Part shown: piece after piece, positions 59,096 through 64,000 of the stretch
Layout: every line of letters begins with the position of its first letter
Numbering within the stretch: position 1 is the first letter of the stretch
Origin: Spirochaetia bacterium
GTDB taxonomy: Bacteria; Spirochaetota; Spirochaetia; DSM-2461
Direction: 5' to 3'
Length of the DNA stretch: 64,000 nucleotides
Assembly: GCA_963668315.1 (NCBI GenBank)
Contig: OY764216.1
Span: forward strand, 2,848,001-2,912,000
The notes under the pieces: model-generated
What the model was told of the DNA's origin: nothing
Databases searched by the model: none
The model's input: only the letters and a program-made list of their open reading frames with translations
Position numbers and translations under genes: made by a program

Positions 59096-60889
59096 ATGGC
59101 TATTAAAACTTATGTAATGGTCTGCGGCGGAACGGGGTGCGAATCCTCCCGCGCGGACGACATATACAAAAACCTCCATAAGGAGGCGGAACTGCAGGGC
59201 GTCAGCGATGACGTTCAGATCGTTAAAACCGGTTGTTTCGGTTTCTGCGAGCAGGGACCCATTGTTAAAGTTCTTCCCAATGACCATTTCTATGTACAGG
59301 TCGTTCCCGAAGATGCCAAGGAGATTATCGCCGAGGATATTCTGAAGGGCAGGGCGGTCAAGCGTCTTCTCTATAAAGAAGAGAACATGACCGAAATGAA
59401 GAACAACGAAGGGGAAGACATCAAGTTCTACCAGAAACAGCTTCGTATCGTTCTGCGGAACTGCGGTCTCATCAATCCCGAAAATGTGAATGAGTATATC
59501 GCCAGAGACGGTTACCTGGCTCTGGAAAAGGTCCTTTTCGAAATGAGTCCCGACGATATCATCGAAGAGTTGAAGAAATCCGGGCTGAGAGGACGGGGCG
59601 GTGCCGGCTTCCCCACGTGGATGAAGTGGAACTTCTCCAAGCAGGTCGACAACGATGTCAAATATGTCGCCTGTAACGCCGACGAGGGCGACCCCGGCGC
59701 CTACATGGACCGCTCCGTACTGGAAGGGGATCCCCACTCCGTACTGGAAGCCATGACCATTGCCGGTAAGTGTATCGGCGCCAATCTGGGTATCATCTAT
59801 ATCCGCGCCGAGTATCCCCTGGCCATCAACCGTCTGAAAACCGCCATGGGCCAGGCCCGTGATCTGGGACTTCTCGGCAAGGACATCCTCGGTTCGGGAT
59901 TCGATTTCGATATCGAACTCAGACTGGGAGCGGGAGCTTTCGTCTGCGGTGAAGAGACAGCCCTCCTTCAGTCCGTTGAAGGAAACAGGGGTATGCCCAT
60001 TCCCAAGCCTCCCTTTCCCGCCGTGGAAGGTCTCTGGCAGAAACCCACCGTTATCAACAACGTGGAAACCTACGCCAACATACCCGTAATCATCAGCAAG
60101 GGCGGCGACTGGTTCGCCCAGTTCGGTACGGAAAAATCCAAGGGAACCAAGGTGTTTGCCCTGACCGGCAAGGTTCAGAACTCCGGCCTTGTGGAAGTGC
60201 CCATGGGATCCACCCTGCGGGATATCATCTTCGATATCGGCGGCGGCATCAGGAACGGCAAAAAGTTCAAGGCCGTTCAGACCGGCGGACCCTCCGGCGG
60301 TGTTATCACCGAGGACATGCTGGATATGCCCCTGGACTTCGACAGCCTCCTCTCCATCGGTTCCATGATGGGTTCCGGCGGTATGATCGTTATGGACGAG
60401 GACGACTGTATCGTGGACGTGGCCCGTTTCTACATGGACTTCTGCGTGGAAGAGTCCTGCGGAAAGTGTTCGCCCTGCCGGATCGGTACCAGAAAGCTTC
60501 TCGACTACCTGGAAAAAATCACTAAGGGCAAAGGGCAGATGGAAGATCTGGAGAACATGGAGAGAATCGGCAAGCATATGCATAAGTCGGCTCTCTGTAT
60601 GCTCGGCGGTTCGGCCGCCAACCCCATCCTTTCCACCCTGAAAGCCTTCCGCGAAGAGTACGTGGAACACATCCAGGAGGGCAAGTGCCGCGCCGGTAAA
60701 TGCAAGGCTCTCGTTCATTACGAGATTCTTTCCGACAAGTGTATCGGCTGTACCGTCTGCGCCAGAAAGTGTCCCGTCAACTGTATCACGGGAGAGAAGA
60801 AGAAGCCCCATGAGATTGATCAGTCAGCCTGTATCAAGTGCGGTCAGTGTTACGAAGGTTGTAAGTTCAACGCCATTGTCATTAAGTAA
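59096..60889 (+). CDS. hndC: NuoF-like flavin subunit of [FeFe]-hydrogenase (HndC/HydB)
   Basis: GLRGRGGAGFP, NADEGDPGAYMDR, GGPSGG, ESCGKCSPCR, two C-terminal 4Fe-4S motifs. Confidence 0.93.
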   Translation: MAIKTYVMVCGGTGCESSRADDIYKNLHKEAELQGVSDDVQIVKTGCFGFCEQGPIVKVLPNDHFYVQVVPEDAKEIIAEDILKGRAVKRLLYKEENMTEMKNNEGEDIKFYQKQLRIVLRNCGLINPENVNEYIARDGYLALEKVLFEMSPDDIIEELKKSGLRGRGGAGFPTWMKWNFSKQVDNDVKYVACNADEGDPGAYMDRSVLEGDPHSVLEAMTIAGKCIGANLGIIYIRAEYPLAINRLKTAMGQARDLGLLGKDILGSGFDFDIELRLGAGAFVCGEETALLQSVEGNRGMPIPKPPFPAVEGLWQKPTVINNVETYANIPVIISKGGDWFAQFGTEKSKGTKVFALTGKVQNSGLVEVPMGSTLRDIIFDIGGGIRNGKKFKAVQTGGPSGGVITEDMLDMPLDFDSLLSIGSMMGSGGMIVMDEDDCIVDVARFYMDFCVEESCGKCSPCRIGTRKLLDYLEKITKGKGQMEDLENMERIGKHMHKSALCMLGGSAANPILSTLKAFREEYVEHIQEGKCRAGKCKALVHYEILSDKCIGCTVCARKCPVNCITGEKKKPHEIDQSACIKCGQCYEGCKFNAIVIK

Positions 60890-60900
60890 GGAGTAGAATT

Positions 60901-62664
60901 GTGTCAACTGTAGATGTTAAGATAAACGGGCGCGACGTCAGTGTCAGTCCGGACAGCACCATCCTGGAAGCTGCCAAAAAACTGGGATGCAAGATTCCCA
61001 CTCTCTGCCACCATGAGGACCTTAAGCCTTCGGGCGCCTGCGGTCTCTGCGTGGTCAAGGTTAAGACGGACAGGGGTATCGGTCCCAAGCTGGTGAGAGC
61101 CTGCTGCACCAAGGTTGTCCCCGGTATGGATTATATCACCCATGATGCGGACCTTCAGGAGACCAGAAAGACGATTCTGGAGCTGATTCTGTCCAATCAT
61201 CCGGACGACTGTCTCTCCTGCGGAAGGAACCAGACCTGCGAACTGCAGCAGCTGGCTTCCGACTTTGCCATCCGGGAGACTCCCTTCCCGAAGAATCTGA
61301 AGGATTTCCCCCAGGACCACTCCACCGTGTCCCTGGTCTTCGATCCCAACAAGTGTATCAACTGCGGCCGCTGTGCCCAGGTTTGCCAGCAGCTGCAGGG
61401 TGTCTGGGCCCTTGAGTTCATCAACCGCGGAGAGGAAACCATTATCAAACCCGCCGGTGATATCATGCTCAACGAGAGCCCCTGTATCAAGTGCGGTCAG
61501 TGCTCGGCCCACTGTCCCGTCGGAGCCATCTATGAGAAAGATGAGACCATGGAGTTCATGTCCGCCATAAGGGACGAGAGCAAGCATGTCGCCGTTCAGA
61601 TCGCCCCCGCCGTGCGTGTCGCCATTGGTGAACCCTTCGGCCAGGAGCCCGGGGATATCTCCACCGGAAAGATCTACGCCGCCCTTCGCGCCCTGGGTGT
61701 GGACGCCGTGTTCGATACCAACTTCTCCGCCGACCTCACCATCATGGAAGAGGGAAGCGAATTGGTGGAAAGACTGACCAAGGGGGGAGATCTTCCCCAG
61801 CTTACCAGCTGTTGCCCCGCCTGGACGGACTACATGGAAAAATATGCCACCGATATGATTCCCCACTTCTCCACGGCCAAGTCGCCCATGATGATGCAGG
61901 GAGCCATTACCAAAACCTACTACGCCGAGAAGAAAAAGGTGGATCCCGCCAGCATCTTCAGTGTTGCCATCATGCCCTGTACGGCCAAGAAGTACGAGAT
62001 CAGCCGTGACGACAACATGCAGGCTTCCGGCTTTAATGACGTGGATCTGGTTCTTACCACCCGCGAGCTGGCCAGACTCATCAAACGGGCCGGCATCTGC
62101 TGGGATTGTCTTGATGAAGATACCAAGGCGGACAGCCCCATCGGTGCCTACGCCGGCGCGGGAACCATCTTCGGAGTTACCGGAGGCGTTATGGAAGCGG
62201 CCGTCAGAACCGCTCACAAGCTGGTCACCGGAAAGGAACTGGAGAAGGTGGAAGTGGAAGCGGTACGCGGACTGGACGGCATCAAGGTGGGCGAAGTCGA
62301 CCTGGGCGGCACCAAGGTAAAAGTTGCCGTTGCCCACGGTCTGGCCAACATTGAAACCGTTCTTAACGAGGTGCGCGAAGCCAAGGCCGCCGGCAAGGAA
62401 GCTCCCTACCACTTCATCGAGGTCATGGCCTGCCGGGGCGGCTGTATCGCCGGAGGCGGTCAGCCCTACGGCACCACCGATGAAGTAAGAGAAAAGAGAA
62501 TCGCCGGCCTGTACAGGGACGACGAGAAATCGGAAGTACGCTGTTCCCACCAGAACCCCGAGATACTTCAGATTTATGAAGAGTTCCTGGAAAAGCCCAT
62601 GAGCCACAAGTCCCATGAGCTGCTCCATACCAAGTATCAGGAGAGACCCGTTTATCACAGATAA
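60901..62664 (+). CDS. hndD: [FeFe]-hydrogenase catalytic subunit, group A (HndD/HydA)
   Basis: H-cluster motifs TSCCPAW, MPCTAKKYE, EVMACRGGCIAGGGQP; N-terminal FeS domains. Confidence 0.96.
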   Translation: MSTVDVKINGRDVSVSPDSTILEAAKKLGCKIPTLCHHEDLKPSGACGLCVVKVKTDRGIGPKLVRACCTKVVPGMDYITHDADLQETRKTILELILSNHPDDCLSCGRNQTCELQQLASDFAIRETPFPKNLKDFPQDHSTVSLVFDPNKCINCGRCAQVCQQLQGVWALEFINRGEETIIKPAGDIMLNESPCIKCGQCSAHCPVGAIYEKDETMEFMSAIRDESKHVAVQIAPAVRVAIGEPFGQEPGDISTGKIYAALRALGVDAVFDTNFSADLTIMEEGSELVERLTKGGDLPQLTSCCPAWTDYMEKYATDMIPHFSTAKSPMMMQGAITKTYYAEKKKVDPASIFSVAIMPCTAKKYEISRDDNMQASGFNDVDLVLTTRELARLIKRAGICWDCLDEDTKADSPIGAYAGAGTIFGVTGGVMEAAVRTAHKLVTGKELEKVEVEAVRGLDGIKVGEVDLGGTKVKVAVAHGLANIETVLNEVREAKAAGKEAPYHFIEVMACRGGCIAGGGQPYGTTDEVREKRIAGLYRDDEKSEVRCSHQNPEILQIYEEFLEKPMSHKSHELLHTKYQERPVYHR

Positions 62665-62690
62665 TCCTGTCTGAAACGGAATTTATCCAG

Positions 62691-62725
62691 GCCGTCCGGG
62701 TCTTATCGTCCCGGGCGGCTTTTTC
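62691..62725 (+). terminator. Intrinsic terminator of the hydrogenase operon
   Basis: gccgtccggg-loop-cccgggcggc then ttttt. Confidence 0.8.
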
Positions 62726-62843
62726 ATTTCCGGAGAAGGGGAAAAAAGAATTTGCCTTTCGGTTGAAAAATGATTATATTCCCAATATAATAAAAAAGGA
62801 ATATAGGACGGGTGATTAGGTTTCCCGTAAAAAGGAGAGATAT

Positions 62844-63164
62844 ATGGCAAATGGTGTAATAAACGTAACATCGGAAAACTTTGATAAACTGATAGAGAAG
62901 GGAGTCGTCCTGGTGGATTTCTGGGCTCCCTGGTGCGGTCCCTGCCGGATGCAGGGTCCTATCGTTGAAAGGGTTGCCGAAACTCTGGGCGACAAGGCTG
63001 TCATATCGAAGATCAATGTAGACGAAGAGCAGGCTCCTGCTCAGAAGTTCAGCGTTACTTCCATACCTACTCTGATTGTTTTCAAGGACGGTCAGGTGGC
63101 AAAGCAGTTTGTCGGGGTTCAGAGTGAGGATGTACTGGTTTCTACCATCGAAGGCCTGCTCTAA
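62844..63164 (+). CDS. trxA: Thioredoxin
   Basis: DFWAPWCGPC, SIPT. Confidence 0.96.
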   Translation: MANGVINVTSENFDKLIEKGVVLVDFWAPWCGPCRMQGPIVERVAETLGDKAVISKINVDEEQAPAQKFSVTSIPTLIVFKDGQVAKQFVGVQSEDVLVSTIEGLL

Positions 63165-63184
63165 TACCGCGTTAAGCGCTTGAG

Positions 63185-63220
63185 AAACCTTTCTCCTTTA
63201 AAGGGGGAAGGTTTTTTTTT
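63185..63220 (+). terminator. Intrinsic terminator after trxA
   Basis: aaacctttctcc-tttaaa-gggggaaggttt stem with T-run. Confidence 0.75.
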
Positions 63221-63290
63221 GCCCGTCCCCTTAGTTCCGACCCATGAACATTACCTTGTCAAAATGCCGGCAAAGAGGTAAATTATAGGT

Positions 63291-63593
63291 ATGTCAGATT
63301 ATGAATATTCCAGCGGCGTGCTCGAAGAGGAAGAACTGAAAGAGCCTTCCATGTATCGGGTCGTCCTGCTTAATGATGATTATACGCCCCAGGATTTTGT
63401 TGTGGAAATTCTGAGCGGCATTTTCCATAAGCCCCCCCTTGAGGCCACCCAGATTATGCTGGATGTGCATAAGAAAGGGAAGGGGATTGTGGGGGTCTAT
63501 ACCTACGACATAGGTTCCACCAAAGTCCAGCAGGTATCGAAATTGGCCAGGGAAAGGGGATATCCTCTTAAATCCATACTGGAGAAGGTTTAA
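63291..63593 (+). CDS. clpS: Clp protease adaptor ClpS
   Basis: YRVVLLNDDYTP, IMLDVH..GKG, YPL. Confidence 0.95.
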   Translation: MSDYEYSSGVLEEEELKEPSMYRVVLLNDDYTPQDFVVEILSGIFHKPPLEATQIMLDVHKKGKGIVGVYTYDIGSTKVQQVSKLARERGYPLKSILEKV

Positions 63594-64000
63594 TGATTGA
63601 ACTGAATGAAGAAGTACAGGCCATTTTAAATAAAGCCTTTCTTTTTGCCAAAGAAAAGAAACATGAGTATTTCACACCCGAACATCTGCTCTACAGCTCC
63701 CTGGAATTTGAAACGCCCCAGGAGATATTCGTCCAGTGCGATGTGGACGTCAGAGAGCTGGAGAAGAATCTTCTGGCCTATATGGATAAGCATCTTCCCC
63801 TGATCGACGACGGTTCCGAACCCATGCAGACCGCCGGTCTCATGGATGTCCTGGAACGGATGGTGACCCATATCGCCGCGTCCGGCCGGGAGATAGTCTA
63901 TCCCGCCGACATGATTGTCGCCCTGTACGATGAAGCCGAATCCTACGGCGCCTACTATCTGAAAAAAGCCGGTCTGGGCAGGCTTGATCTTCTTAATGTC
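63593..64000 (+). CDS. clpA: ClpA ATP-binding subunit, N-terminal part (runs off the window; absent from the ORF track)
   Basis: TAATG coupling with clpS; MIELNEEVQAILNKAFLFAKEKKHEYFTPEHLL... Clp N-domain. Confidence 0.88.
   Translation, partial: MIELNEEVQAILNKAFLFAKEKKHEYFTPEHLLYSSLEFETPQEIFVQCDVDVRELEKNLLAYMDKHLPLIDDGSEPMQTAGLMDVLERMVTHIAASGREIVYPADMIVALYDEAESYGAYYLKKAGLGRLDLLNV

Noticed and set aside
59015..62658. 598-aa and 584-aa minus-strand ORFs
   Set aside because: Mirror frames of the strongly codon-biased hndC and hndD genes
63626..63871. 81-aa minus-strand ORF
   Set aside because: Antisense to the partial clpA gene
1..64000. CRISPR arrays, tRNA/rRNA, IS elements, prophage or defence genes
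   Set aside because: No spaced repeats, RNA-gene signatures, transposase, integrase or phage motifs recognised by eye; a covariance-model scan would be needed to exclude small RNAs

Overview
Chromosomal segment of a GC-moderate, free-living anaerobic spirochaete (inferred from a spirochaete-type outer-membrane barrel gene and overall gene content). No rRNA, tRNA, CRISPR array or transposase was recognised. In order: a 917-aa hyper-acidic protein with a sigma28-like promoter; ftsB-like, ung, a cysteine desulfurase; an AT-rich recQ/arylamine N-acetyltransferase block; an MCP; a YfcC-M20-XRE/cupin module; pstCAB-phoU-phoBR (Pho-box repeats, PstA with a PstS-like insert, no pstS); a chemotaxis cluster (cheR-W-Y-STAS-A-B, double-tip soluble receptor, J-domain/MshEN-like protein, cheD); engB; a glycosyltransferase-proA-cobalamin/iron ABC operon; HD protein plus JAB-DinG; a tandem-CZB MCP; a putative light-response island; cvfB-like, MFS, rex with a divergent electron-bifurcating-type [FeFe]-hydrogenase operon; trxA, clpS and partial clpA. 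The best candidate for a new system is 42.5-54.7 kb. An XRE-HTH regulator carrying the CarH-type B12 photosensor motifs sits with class II photolyase, DUF523/DUF1722, lipocalin, DUF1295, a DAK2-DegV fatty-acid-kinase fusion, plsY and an RND pump. The same palindrome AATATAAC-N5-GTTATAWT overlaps both the lipocalin-operon promoter and the regulator's own promoter. All family calls come from motif recognition by eye; no database searches were run.
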